From the NCBI GenBank assembly GCA_963676795.2, contig CAXXTB010000001.1:576001-640000 (forward strand): a stretch of 64,000 nucleotides of DNA, given 5' to 3'. Source of the stretch: Geopsychrobacteraceae bacterium. Its GTDB lineage: Bacteria; Desulfobacterota; Desulfuromonadia; Desulfuromonadales; Geopsychrobacteraceae. Of the stretch, positions 9,527 to 18,413 are shown in pieces. The notes beneath the pieces were generated by a model. It was not told the DNA's origin. It saw only the letters and a program-made list of their open reading frames with translations, and ran no database searches. The position numbers and the translations under genes were made by a program. Position 1 is the first letter of the stretch. Each line of letters starts with the position of its first letter.

Positions 9527-10122
9527 TGGACGCCTCCTTCTGTGATTCTCTGACTGTTGTCACGGTAAAATTCAAGACCGGCCTTGAGCGCTCCGACCAC
9601 GGCGCGTGGCGAGATGGTGGCGCCGGAGATCTGGTCGAACTCGCCGCCGTCCTTCTTGACCCGCCAGTCGGCGTTCTCAAGGCTCTTGCCCCGGAACATC
9701 TCTTTGAACCAGACTTCCGCGATCTTGCTCCCCAGGCCCGGTGTTTCGGCGTGGGTGAGGATCTCGATAGCGTTGATGCTCTGATCCGGTTTCACCCCGA
9801 TCATGATCTCGATATTGCCGCTGTACCCTTCCGGGGCGATCATCTTGAACGCGGTACCGACCAGTTCGTTATTCTTGCGGGCGCGGTAGAAGGTGATAAG
9901 GACCGGATTACCCTTCTTGTCGACGCCGTTCTCAAGAACCACGCTATCGGCGTCGGGGCTGTTATCGAAGTCCGGCAGCACGGCACTTAAGGCTTTGACC
10001 ATCTGCGCCTTGCGCTGGGCGGCGATCGGTTCGCGGGTCGCTTTTTCCACCACCGAGAGGACCAGGCCGGCAATACAGGCGATAAGGGTCAGGGCGACGA
10101 GCAGTTTGATGATGTCTTTCAT
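9523..10122 (-). CDS. rnfG: Rnf complex subunit G
   Basis: Single N-terminal TM, ETPGLG, FMN attachment motif SGATIS. Confidence 0.95.
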   Translation of the reverse strand: MKDIIKLLVALTLIACIAGLVLSVVEKATREPIAAQRKAQMVKALSAVLPDFDNSPDADSVVLENGVDKKGNPVLITFYRARKNNELVGTAFKMIAPEGYSGNIEIMIGVKPDQSINAIEILTHAETPGLGSKIAEVWFKEMFRGKSLENADWRVKKDGGEFDQISGATISPRAVVGALKAGLEFYRDNSQRITEGGVQ

Positions 10123-10134
10123 GAGTCTCTCCCC

Positions 10135-11127
10135 TTAAGCCTTCTGTGGTGCCACCTGTCCGTAGATCTTCGGACGGGTATAGCGGTCGATCAGTGGCGT
10201 GGCGGCGTTCATCAGCAGGATGGCGAAGGAAACCCCTTCCGGGTAGCCGCCGAACAGACGGATCAGCACGGTGAGGATCCCGCAGCCGAAACCGAAGATC
10301 AGCATGCCGCGCCCGGTGACTGGCGTGGTGACCATGTCGGTCGCCATGAAGAAGGCCCCTAACATCAGACCACCGGTGAACAGGTGAAACAGCGGGCTCG
10401 GGTATTTGGTGGGGTCAACCAGCCAGAAGATGCCGCTGAAGATGACGACAGTCAGGATATAGGCGACCGGGGTGTGCCAGCTGATGACCTTTTTAAAGAG
10501 CAGGAACAGCCCGCCGAGCAAGAGGGCAATGGCCGACATCTCCCCCAGAGAGCCGGCGCTGTTGCCGAGGAAGAAGTCGAGCAGACCCGTATGGACAATC
10601 TCAGGCAGCTGGCCGGTGAGCATGACCCCTTCCTTGGCCAGCCCTAAGGGGGTCGCCATGGAGATACCGTCGAGCCTGGTGCTTAAAATCGCAGGCGCCG
10701 TCCAGGCGGTCATCTGCACCGGGAAGGAGATCAAGAGCACAACCCGGGCGACCAGGGCCGGGTTGAACGGGTTACTCCCCAGTCCGCCGTAGACCTGCTT
10801 GCCGATCAGGATGGCGATGGCGGCTCCCAAAAGTGCCAGCCACCAGGGGCTGGTCGGCGGCAGGTTGAGCGCCAGCAGGATGCCGGTCAAGGCGGCGGAG
10901 CCGTCCTTGATGGTGCAGGAGCGTTTCATCGCCTTGTTGGCCAGGGCTTCGAAGACGACGCAGCCGATGGTGCAGATCAGGATAACGATCAATGCCGGCA
11001 GGCCGAAGCTGTAGAGCGAGACGAGCACGGCTGGAACCAGGGCGTAGATGACCAGGCGCATGATCTTGTCGGTGGTCTCGCCGCTGTGAATATGGGGTGA
11101 GGATGACAGATAGAGCTGGTTGTTCAT
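10135..11127 (-). CDS. rnfD: Rnf complex subunit D
   Basis: SSSPHIH, GGLGSNPFNPA, MATPL, FFMATD, GGYPEG. Start ATG 11127 overlaps the rnfC stop (TGATG). Confidence 0.95.
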   Translation of the reverse strand: MNNQLYLSSSPHIHSGETTDKIMRLVIYALVPAVLVSLYSFGLPALIVILICTIGCVVFEALANKAMKRSCTIKDGSAALTGILLALNLPPTSPWWLALLGAAIAILIGKQVYGGLGSNPFNPALVARVVLLISFPVQMTAWTAPAILSTRLDGISMATPLGLAKEGVMLTGQLPEIVHTGLLDFFLGNSAGSLGEMSAIALLLGGLFLLFKKVISWHTPVAYILTVVIFSGIFWLVDPTKYPSPLFHLFTGGLMLGAFFMATDMVTTPVTGRGMLIFGFGCGILTVLIRLFGGYPEGVSFAILLMNAATPLIDRYTRPKIYGQVAPQKA

Positions 11128-12443
11128 CAGGATTTCCTTCTCTTGGCCATAATGCCGCCCTTGGCGTAGCGGATCGATTGCACCAGCGGCAATGTCGCCG
11201 GGCAGATATAGGTACAGCAGCCGCACTCGATACAGTCGAGGGCGTTAGCTCTTTCGGCTTCGTCGATCAGATCGAGCCTTGCGTAAGCGGCCAGCAGGGT
11301 CGGCTGCAGGTGGATCGGGCAGACACTGACGCAGCGCCCGCAGCGGATACAGGGACCGGCCGGTTTGGTGTCGATATCCTCCTTACGGAAGATCAACAGT
11401 CCGGAGGTGCCGCGGATCGCCGGGGCCTCCAGCGAGAGCTGGGTCTGGCCCATCATCGGCCCGCCCATGATGATCTTGCCCGGCTCACCAACAAGGCCGC
11501 CACACTGGTCGACCAGATGCTGCAAGGGGGTGCCGACGGCGATTTTGAGGTTTTTCGGGTCTTTGATACCGGGGCCGGTGACGGTGGCGATCCGCTCGAC
11601 CAGCGGGTGACCCAGACGGATGGCGTCACTGACAGCGGCGGCGGTCCCGACGTTCTGAACCACGACACCGGCGTCCATCGGCAGGCCACCGGATGGCACC
11701 TGACGGCCGGTGACGGCGTCGATCAGCTGCTTCTCGGCGCCCTGCGGGTATTTGACCTCTAAGGGCACGACCTCGATCTTGTGGGCGATGCATTCCTTGC
11801 CGAGCTTGGCGATGGCGTCCGGCTTGTTCGATTCGATGCCGATGACGGCACGCTCGATGCCAAGCACCTTGCGCAGGATGTTGATCCCGTCGATCAGGCG
11901 CTCACTCTCTTCCAGCATCAGGCGGTGGTCGGCGGTCAGGTATGGCTCACACTCGACGCCGTTGAGAATCAAAGTATCGATCTTCTTGTCGGCCGGTGGC
12001 GAGAGCTTGACGTGGGCCGGAAAGGTGGCACCGCCCAGGCCGACAATACCGCAGGCGAGGATCTTCTTCTTGAGGGCTTCTGCGTCGAGATCGTCGGGGT
12101 TACCGCCTTTAAGGCTTTCATCCCAGGCATCTTCGCCGTCCGGCTTGATGACGACGGCGGGCAGCAGCTTGCCGCTTGGATGCATGCGCGGCTCGACGGC
12201 GATGACTTCGCCTGAGGTCGAGGCATGGATCGGCACCGAGACGAAGCCTTTGGCATTCGCAATGACTGTGCCCTTTTTGACCAGGTCGCCCTTACCCACA
12301 CAGATCTCGGCGGGGGCGCCGATATGCTGCATGGCCGGGATGACCAGTTCTTCGGGCAGCGGGCAAGCTTCAATCGCCTTGTGCTCGGAGTAGCTTTTAC
12401 TGTCGGGTGGATGGAGTCCACCGGCGAAGGTTTTCAGTGACAT
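11127..12443 (-). CDS. rnfC: Rnf complex subunit C
   Basis: QHIGAPA, GIVGLGGATFP, ECEPYLTAD, GGPMMG, CIRCGRCVSVCP and CIECGCCTYICP. Confidence 0.96.
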   Translation of the reverse strand: MSLKTFAGGLHPPDSKSYSEHKAIEACPLPEELVIPAMQHIGAPAEICVGKGDLVKKGTVIANAKGFVSVPIHASTSGEVIAVEPRMHPSGKLLPAVVIKPDGEDAWDESLKGGNPDDLDAEALKKKILACGIVGLGGATFPAHVKLSPPADKKIDTLILNGVECEPYLTADHRLMLEESERLIDGINILRKVLGIERAVIGIESNKPDAIAKLGKECIAHKIEVVPLEVKYPQGAEKQLIDAVTGRQVPSGGLPMDAGVVVQNVGTAAAVSDAIRLGHPLVERIATVTGPGIKDPKNLKIAVGTPLQHLVDQCGGLVGEPGKIIMGGPMMGQTQLSLEAPAIRGTSGLLIFRKEDIDTKPAGPCIRCGRCVSVCPIHLQPTLLAAYARLDLIDEAERANALDCIECGCCTYICPATLPLVQSIRYAKGGIMAKRRKS

Positions 12444-12458
12444 GGGGGGTACCTCGCT

Positions 12459-13283
12459 TTAAGCGGCGCTATCGGGCTCGACTGCAGTTTTTTGGGCAGG
12501 AGTAGCGTAGTCATGGATACATTTCATCGGGCACTTCCCGATGGCGGCTTCGATCCCTTCCGGCTTCTCGTAGACGACACTGGCCAGGAAGTTCTCGATG
12601 ACATAACCCTCGGGGACGGTCTTCTTGCAGATCATGCAGCCGATACAGCCGACCTGGCAGTATTTGCGAACCAGAGCGCCCTTGTCGTGGCTGTTGCACA
12701 GGACATGGGTGGTGACCGATTTAGGGGCCAGGCTGATGACACCGCGCGGGCAGACGGAGACGCACTTGCCGCAGCCGGTACATTTGTTGCGGTCGACAAC
12801 GGCGAGCCCCTTGTCATTGATATGGATGGCGTCAAAGGGGCAGATCCGCTCGCAGGAACCTAAGCCCAGGCAGCCGCCGGGGCAGGCCTTGGGGCCGTCG
12901 GCGATTTTCTGGGCGGCGTTGCAGTCGGTGAGCCCCAGGTACTGGTACTTAGGCATGGCTTTCTCATTATCCCCCTGGCACTTGACCACGGCGACGACCG
13001 GTTCGGCGGCTGAGGCCTCGATACCAAGGATCACGGCGATGGCGGCAAGCGTGGTGCTGCCGCCCGGGGTACAGAGATTGGGCGCAAGGCGCCCTTCGGC
13101 GACGGCCTTGGCGTAACCGGAGCAGCCGGCCTGGCCGCAGGCCCCGCAGTTGGCCCCAGGCAGGGCGTCTAAGATGGCCGCTTCGCGGGGATCGACCTCA
13201 ACGGCGAATTTCTTGGCGGCAAAGCCTAAGGTCAGTGAGGCGATCAGACCGATGCCGCCGAGGCAGAGTATGGATGTGAGCAT
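12459..13283 (-). CDS. rnfB: Rnf complex subunit B (polyferredoxin)
   Basis: LPGANCGACGQAGC plus several CxxCxxCxxxCP motifs; N-terminal TM. Confidence 0.95.
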   Translation of the reverse strand: MLTSILCLGGIGLIASLTLGFAAKKFAVEVDPREAAILDALPGANCGACGQAGCSGYAKAVAEGRLAPNLCTPGGSTTLAAIAVILGIEASAAEPVVAVVKCQGDNEKAMPKYQYLGLTDCNAAQKIADGPKACPGGCLGLGSCERICPFDAIHINDKGLAVVDRNKCTGCGKCVSVCPRGVISLAPKSVTTHVLCNSHDKGALVRKYCQVGCIGCMICKKTVPEGYVIENFLASVVYEKPEGIEAAIGKCPMKCIHDYATPAQKTAVEPDSAA

Positions 13284-13352
13284 AACGATTGTTCCTCTTG
13301 TGTCCGGAAACGGTCTTTTTACTGTGCTAAGAGATCAGGGGCTCTTTAATGC

Positions 13353-13409
13353 ACCCCCCTCAATCCCCCCTATAAAATAGGGGGGAAGCGAGTTTACGAG
13401 CAGGGGGGT
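13353..13409. repeat. REP-like nested G/C hairpin in the rnfA-rnfB gap
   Basis: acccccct...tcccccctat-aaa-atagggggga...aggggggt. Confidence 0.6.
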
Positions 13410-13465
13410 CTTTCAGCCACAACGAAAAATTGCCCGTTTCCAAGCTAAAATCTATATCAATCAGT

Positions 13466-14047
13466 CTAGCCTTTGACCAGACCGGCAAAACCCATGAAGG
13501 CCAGGGACAACAGACCGGCGGTGACCAGGGCGACGGCGGTGCCACGGAAGCTCTTGGGCACCGGGCTTAAGTCGATCCGCTCTCTAAGACCTGCGAACAG
13601 GACCATGGCCAGGGTGAAGCCAAGCCCGGCACCGATGGCGAAGACGACCGACTCCAGGAAGCTGTAGCTCTTCTGGATATTGAGCACGGCGACACCTAAG
13701 ACCGCACAGTTGGTGGTGATCAGCGGCAGGAAGATGCCGAGCGACTGATACAACACAGGACTCGATTTCTGGATGACCATCTCGACCAGCTGGACCAGCG
13801 AGGCGATGACCAGGATGAAGGCGATGGTCTGCAGGTACTCGATGCCGAAACGCCCCAGGATGAAATACTGGATGAACCAGGTGACGACCGAGGCGACGGT
13901 CATGACGAAGATAACCGCCATCCCCATGCCGAGGGCCGTATCGACCTTCTTCGAGACCCCCAGAAAGGGGCAGATCCCCAAGAAACGGGCCAACACGAAG
14001 TTGTTGACGAAGACGGCGCTGATTAAGATCAGGATCAGGGTTACCAT
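13466..14047 (-). CDS. rnfA: Rnf complex subunit A
   Basis: [37 protein letters not shown] at 14047. Confidence 0.95.
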   Translation of the reverse strand: MVTLILILISAVFVNNFVLARFLGICPFLGVSKKVDTALGMGMAVIFVMTVASVVTWFIQYFILGRFGIEYLQTIAFILVIASLVQLVEMVIQKSSPVLYQSLGIFLPLITTNCAVLGVAVLNIQKSYSFLESVVFAIGAGLGFTLAMVLFAGLRERIDLSPVPKSFRGTAVALVTAGLLSLAFMGFAGLVKG

Positions 14048-14100
14048 GCTGTTTGCTCCAGAGTTCAATATATCGGGCAGGTTTCAATAAACGCCCGATG

Positions 14101-14129
14101 AATAAAACAATGTTTCCAGTTATTGTCAA
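14101..14129 (-). promoter_or_regulatory. Putative sigma70 promoter of the rnf operon
   Basis: TTGACA-17 nt-TTTATT with upstream TG on the minus strand. Confidence 0.45.
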
Positions 14130-14497
14130 TGATTTTGAATATATTGGCAGTTCAGCCTGCCGGACCGGATGTGACCAGGAAAAAACAAGTGCTGGTTGTG
14201 ATTGTTGAGCCGGTTTTGCGGGAGGATCTTCGTTGATCAAGCGGGCCTAGCATACGCTGATTTTTAGCCGAGGAAAAGGGTGATTTTCCGGAGAAATTCT
14301 AATTTTAATCTTCATACGGGCTGATCTAGCGGATTTTTCGTCAGGAATTTATCAAGAGGGATGTTGTTTTTTGCAGCTTTTCTTCCTATTTTAACGGTCA
14401 GAGCAGAGTGCTTTATGTGAAGCCGGTCCGGATTGATTCGGGCTCTGCGCTTCTACTGTTCATAGCCACCTGAGACCTCTATTGATACCGGGATCCC

Positions 14498-15118
14498 ATG
14501 CTGCATTTTCTATTGATCGGTGTCCTGTTGGGGCTGACTGCGGGATTTTCTCCGGGGCCTCTGTTGGCGCTTGTTGTTGCCGAGACCCTGAATCACGGGT
14601 TTCGAGCCGGTCTGAGAACCGCGCTGTCGCCACTGGTGACCGATCTGCCGATTGTACTGATCAGCCTGCTGCTGATAAAACCGCTACAAGCTTCAGATCT
14701 TCTGCTTGGCGGGATCTCGCTCTTCGGCGGATGCTTTCTGCTGTTTCTTGGAGTCCAGTGCTTTAAGGCCGGAGATCTGCCGGATGTTGAGAGAGGTTTA
14801 CATAGCAGGTCTTTGCTGAAGGGTGTTTTGACCAATGCCCTGAGTCCCCATCCGTATCTGTTCTGGATCGGAGTCGGTGCTCCGCTGGTCACATCCGCCG
14901 CTGACAGCAGTTATTCAGGTGCTGGCCTGTTGATTGGTGGTTTTTATCTCTGTCTGGTCGGTTCCAAGATTCTGATAGCACTGCTGGTCGAGAGGGGCCG
15001 GTCATTTCTCGGTGGTCGTCTTTATCGCCTGATAATGTTGACTCTCGGAGCGCTGATCATCCTGCTAGCCCTGTTGATGTACCATCGGGGATTGCAATTG
15101 CTGGAGGTGCTCCCCTGA
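14498..15118 (+). CDS. LysE-family translocator
   Basis: N-terminal SPGP motif, GVLTNALSPHPYLFW, about 6 TM segments. Confidence 0.85.
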   Translation: MLHFLLIGVLLGLTAGFSPGPLLALVVAETLNHGFRAGLRTALSPLVTDLPIVLISLLLIKPLQASDLLLGGISLFGGCFLLFLGVQCFKAGDLPDVERGLHSRSLLKGVLTNALSPHPYLFWIGVGAPLVTSAADSSYSGAGLLIGGFYLCLVGSKILIALLVERGRSFLGGRLYRLIMLTLGALIILLALLMYHRGLQLLEVLP

Positions 15119-15148
15119 TTTCTTCGTATCCGGATTGAGAGGTCTTTC

Positions 15149-15673
15149 ATGGAACATAAGATAGTCGATTCACAGTACATCTCCAAACGCTGCATGGTTT
15201 GCGGTGTCGATAACCCGTTCGGACTTAAGGCTCGTTTTTTCGTCACGGAAGAGAAAGAGCTGGTGGCGCTGGTCACTCTGGATGATCATCATCAGAGTTA
15301 TCCGGGGCTTGCCCATGGCGGGATCTCCGCGGCGCTGCTCGATGAGCTGATCGGCCGGGCGATCATGAACTACTATGATCAGGAAACCTTCGGCGTGACC
15401 CTTGGGCTGGAGATGAAATACCGCCAGCCGGTTCCGCTCGGCGTCGAACTGAAGGCGGTCGGACGGATCACCAGAGACAGCGGGCGGATCTTCTGCGGCA
15501 GCGGCGAGCTCTATCTGCCCGACGGCCGGGTCGCCGTCAGTGCCGAAGGGAAGTATATGCGCCGCAACGTCAAGCAGATCACCGATGACGAGTTTACCGA
15601 GAACGAATGGTTTGCCGATTCGGGCACCCTGCCGGAAACCATCGCCATCGATTCCGGGAGTGCTGCAGAGTGA
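15149..15673 (+). CDS. PaaI-family hot-dog thioesterase
   Basis: CMVCG..NP.GL, YPGLAHGGISAALLDE. Confidence 0.88.
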   Translation: MEHKIVDSQYISKRCMVCGVDNPFGLKARFFVTEEKELVALVTLDDHHQSYPGLAHGGISAALLDELIGRAIMNYYDQETFGVTLGLEMKYRQPVPLGVELKAVGRITRDSGRIFCGSGELYLPDGRVAVSAEGKYMRRNVKQITDDEFTENEWFADSGTLPETIAIDSGSAAE

Positions 15674-16083
15674 ATCTGTTTGTCTACGGAACCCTGCTTG
15701 ATCCCGGGATCATGAGGCTCGTCACCGGATCGGACTATAAGCGCAATAGCGCAGTGCTGCCCGGCTATGCCTGCAGAAAGCTGGCCGGTGTGGTCTATCC
15801 GGCTATCGTAGCCTGTCCGGGCGCTTCGTGCGTAGGGGATGTCTGTTTGGGCGTTTTTGCGGAAGATATTCTGTTGTTGGATCGCTACGAGGGGAGTGAG
15901 TACGTGCGCCAGACTGTGGTTGTCGATATGTTAGACGGCAGCCAGACTGAGGCTGAAGCCTATGCTCTTGCTCCTGCTCAGTCCGGCCGTATCCTGGATG
16001 AGCCATGGAGTTTCGACCAGTTCATGGCAATTCACAGGGCTGAATATCTGCGTCAGTTTCAGGATGAAGGAGTTAGTGAGTAA
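15670..16083 (+). CDS. Gamma-glutamylcyclotransferase (AIG2-like) family protein
   Basis: LFVYGTL, LDRYEG; GTG start overlapping the upstream stop. Confidence 0.85.
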   Translation: MNLFVYGTLLDPGIMRLVTGSDYKRNSAVLPGYACRKLAGVVYPAIVACPGASCVGDVCLGVFAEDILLLDRYEGSEYVRQTVVVDMLDGSQTEAEAYALAPAQSGRILDEPWSFDQFMAIHRAEYLRQFQDEGVSE

Positions 16084-16104
16084 ATAAGCTGATATGCTTG
16101 TAGC

Positions 16105-16899
16105 ATGGCATCGCTCACACAAAAATCAGTCTTCGCTTATTCTGCCCGTCTGAACTTTTTGGGCTATCTGCCCGAACTGCTGTCCCGCAGGTCCGCAGCT
16201 GGAGCGGTGTCCTATCCCTTTAATCAGAATCCATCGATCAAAGATGTCATAGAAGCCTGCGGGGTTCCCCATACCGAGGTCGACCTGATCCTGACGGAGC
16301 AGGGAAGTGTCGATTTCAGCTACCAGCTGCAGGACCGGGATCAGGTCAGGGTCTATCCCCTGCGGCATGGAGAGGTTCCTGCGGGTACGCGTCATCTTGC
16401 GGAAACGAGCCTTGATGAACCGCGCTTTATTCTCGACGTTCATCTGGGCAAGCTGACCCGCAAACTGAGGCTGCTCGGATTCGACTGCAGATATCGCAAC
16501 GACTTTGCCGATGAGCAGATTGTCGAACTGTCCCTGAGCGAAAAGAGGACGGTCCTGACCCGAGATCGGGGCCTCCTCAAATATGCCAGGCTCAAGTCAG
16601 GCCTGCTGATCCGTTATGAGCGGGATCTGGAGCAGGCTGCACAGGTTCTCAACCGCTACGCTCTGTGGGGGCAGATTGCCTTTCTGAAGCGCTGTGTCAG
16701 CTGTAACGGCCCCCTCTTACCAGTTGCCAAAGCGCAGATCGCAGCAGATCTTCCGCCCCGGACCGCTCTGTACTGTTCGGAATTCTGGCGCTGCCGGGAC
16801 TGCCTGCAGATCTACTGGCAGGGGGCGCATTTCCATAATCTGGACGAATGGCTGAGAAAGCTCAGGGCGCTGCAGCTGACCGATGGCAGATCAGGTTAA
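16105..16899 (+). CDS. Mut7-C RNase (PIN-like) domain protein with N-terminal ubiquitin-like domain
   Basis: SIKDVIEACGVPHTEVDLI, FILDVHLGKLTRKLRLLGFD, LTRDRGL, RCVSCNG...CRDC..IYWQGAH. Confidence 0.88.
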   Translation: MASLTQKSVFAYSARLNFLGYLPELLSRRSAAGAVSYPFNQNPSIKDVIEACGVPHTEVDLILTEQGSVDFSYQLQDRDQVRVYPLRHGEVPAGTRHLAETSLDEPRFILDVHLGKLTRKLRLLGFDCRYRNDFADEQIVELSLSEKRTVLTRDRGLLKYARLKSGLLIRYERDLEQAAQVLNRYALWGQIAFLKRCVSCNGPLLPVAKAQIAADLPPRTALYCSEFWRCRDCLQIYWQGAHFHNLDEWLRKLRALQLTDGRSG

Positions 16900-16993
16900 C
16901 GTACCATTGGGGTGATACTTCTGTTACATTCGTCCTTCTGTCCGTGCTTGGGCAGGGCCAATTTGCCGAAAACAGCTTCAAGGAAGAAAAAAG

Positions 16994-18244
16994 ATGTCTG
17001 ATATTCTCGAAACGGTGCTGGCCGAATGGCCTCAAAGCGCTGAAAAGCCGGTAAGGCTCCAGGTCACTAATTCAGGTGCAGCAGGACTGCATCGCGGGCA
17101 TCCCTGGCTCTATGTTGAAAAGATCGTTTCCGAAAGCAGACCGGGGCAGGCGGGGGACCTGGCGGTTGTCTTTGATGGTAAGAAGAAGTTTGTTGCGGTC
17201 GGGCTCTATGATCCGTTTTCACCGATTCGCATGCGGGCGTTGCGGACCAGCAAGCCGGGGATGATCGACAGGGCGTTCTTTGCCGAGAAGATTGCTGTGG
17301 CGCTGTCCAGACGTTCCGGTTTTCTGAACACAAAGACCGACGGATACCGCCTGATCTATGGCGAAAGCGACGGTTTTCCGGGGTTGGTGGTCGATCGCTA
17401 CGCTGAAACCGGAGTGGTCAAGCTTTATTCTCTCGCCTGGTTACCGTACCTGTATCAAATTCTGACGGAGCTGCTCAAACAGCAACCGCTTGAGCGCCTG
17501 GTGCTGCGCATGAACCGGGGGATGCAGCAGCATCCCGAGCTACTGCGCGGTCTCTGTGACGGACAGATCATCTACGGGCCGCCGATCAACGAGACCCTGA
17601 CCTGCCTGGAGAATGGCTTGCGTTTCGAGGTGGACCCGGTACGCGGTCAGAAGACCGGCTTCTTTCTTGATCAGCGTGATAACCGTGCCGAGGTCGAGCG
17701 TCTGGCCAGGGGCAAGCGGGTACTCAATGTCTTTTCATACAATGGCGGATTTTCGCTGGCGGCAGCGCGAGGTGGGGCGGTCGAGGTGACCAGTGTCGAT
17801 CAGAGTGGTGCGGCGCTCGAATCATCACAGCGTAATTTTGACCTGAACGCCGATCATCCGGCGGTTAAGGCGGCAAAGCATCTGACTATCGAGGATGATG
17901 CCTTCAACGCCCTGGCGCAACTGGTCAAACAGAAGAAGCAGTACGACCTGGTGATTATCGATCCGCCGGCCTTTGCCGTGCGCAGGTCGCAGGTCAAGGA
18001 CGCGCTCAACGCCTATGCCAAACTGGCACACCTGGGTGTCAATCTGCTGGTGCCGGGTGGGGATATCGTGCTCGCGTCCTGTTCCAGTCCGGTGACCCGT
18101 GAGGAATTCCGGGAAACCATGTGCGCTGCGGCACAGCGGGCCGGGCGGCCGTTGAAGCGCATTCGGGAAACCGGCCATGCCTGTGACCATCCGACCGATT
18201 TCTCCGATTGTCGTTATCTCAAGTGTCTGTTTGCCAAGGCTTAG
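16994..18244 (+). CDS. Class I SAM-dependent rRNA methyltransferase (RlmI-like)
   Basis: GHPW PUA-like N-terminus, GESDGFPGLVVD, GQKTGFFLDQRDNR, VLNVFSYNGGFS, DPPAF, SCS. Confidence 0.9.
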   Translation: MSDILETVLAEWPQSAEKPVRLQVTNSGAAGLHRGHPWLYVEKIVSESRPGQAGDLAVVFDGKKKFVAVGLYDPFSPIRMRALRTSKPGMIDRAFFAEKIAVALSRRSGFLNTKTDGYRLIYGESDGFPGLVVDRYAETGVVKLYSLAWLPYLYQILTELLKQQPLERLVLRMNRGMQQHPELLRGLCDGQIIYGPPINETLTCLENGLRFEVDPVRGQKTGFFLDQRDNRAEVERLARGKRVLNVFSYNGGFSLAAARGGAVEVTSVDQSGAALESSQRNFDLNADHPAVKAAKHLTIEDDAFNALAQLVKQKKQYDLVIIDPPAFAVRRSQVKDALNAYAKLAHLGVNLLVPGGDIVLASCSSPVTREEFRETMCAAAQRAGRPLKRIRETGHACDHPTDFSDCRYLKCLFAKA

Positions 18245-18270
18245 TTTAACACTTCTGTAGAAAAATGTTT

Positions 18271-18385
18271 CCTTCTCCCTTAGGGAGAAGGTGCCCCACA
18301 GGGGTGGATGAGGGGGGATTTTGTCCTGTTTCCCCCTCACCCTAGCCCTCTCCTTTAAGCCCTTTGGGTACTCAGGGAGAGGGGA
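18271..18385. repeat. Inverted pair of CCCTCACCC/CTCTCCC-type REP-like elements
   Basis: ccttctccc-tta-gggagaagg...ggatgagggg followed by cccctcaccctagccctctcc...gggagagggg, between convergent genes. Confidence 0.65.
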
Positions 18386-18413
18386 TGTTCTTACTATTTG
18401 AACACAGATAATT

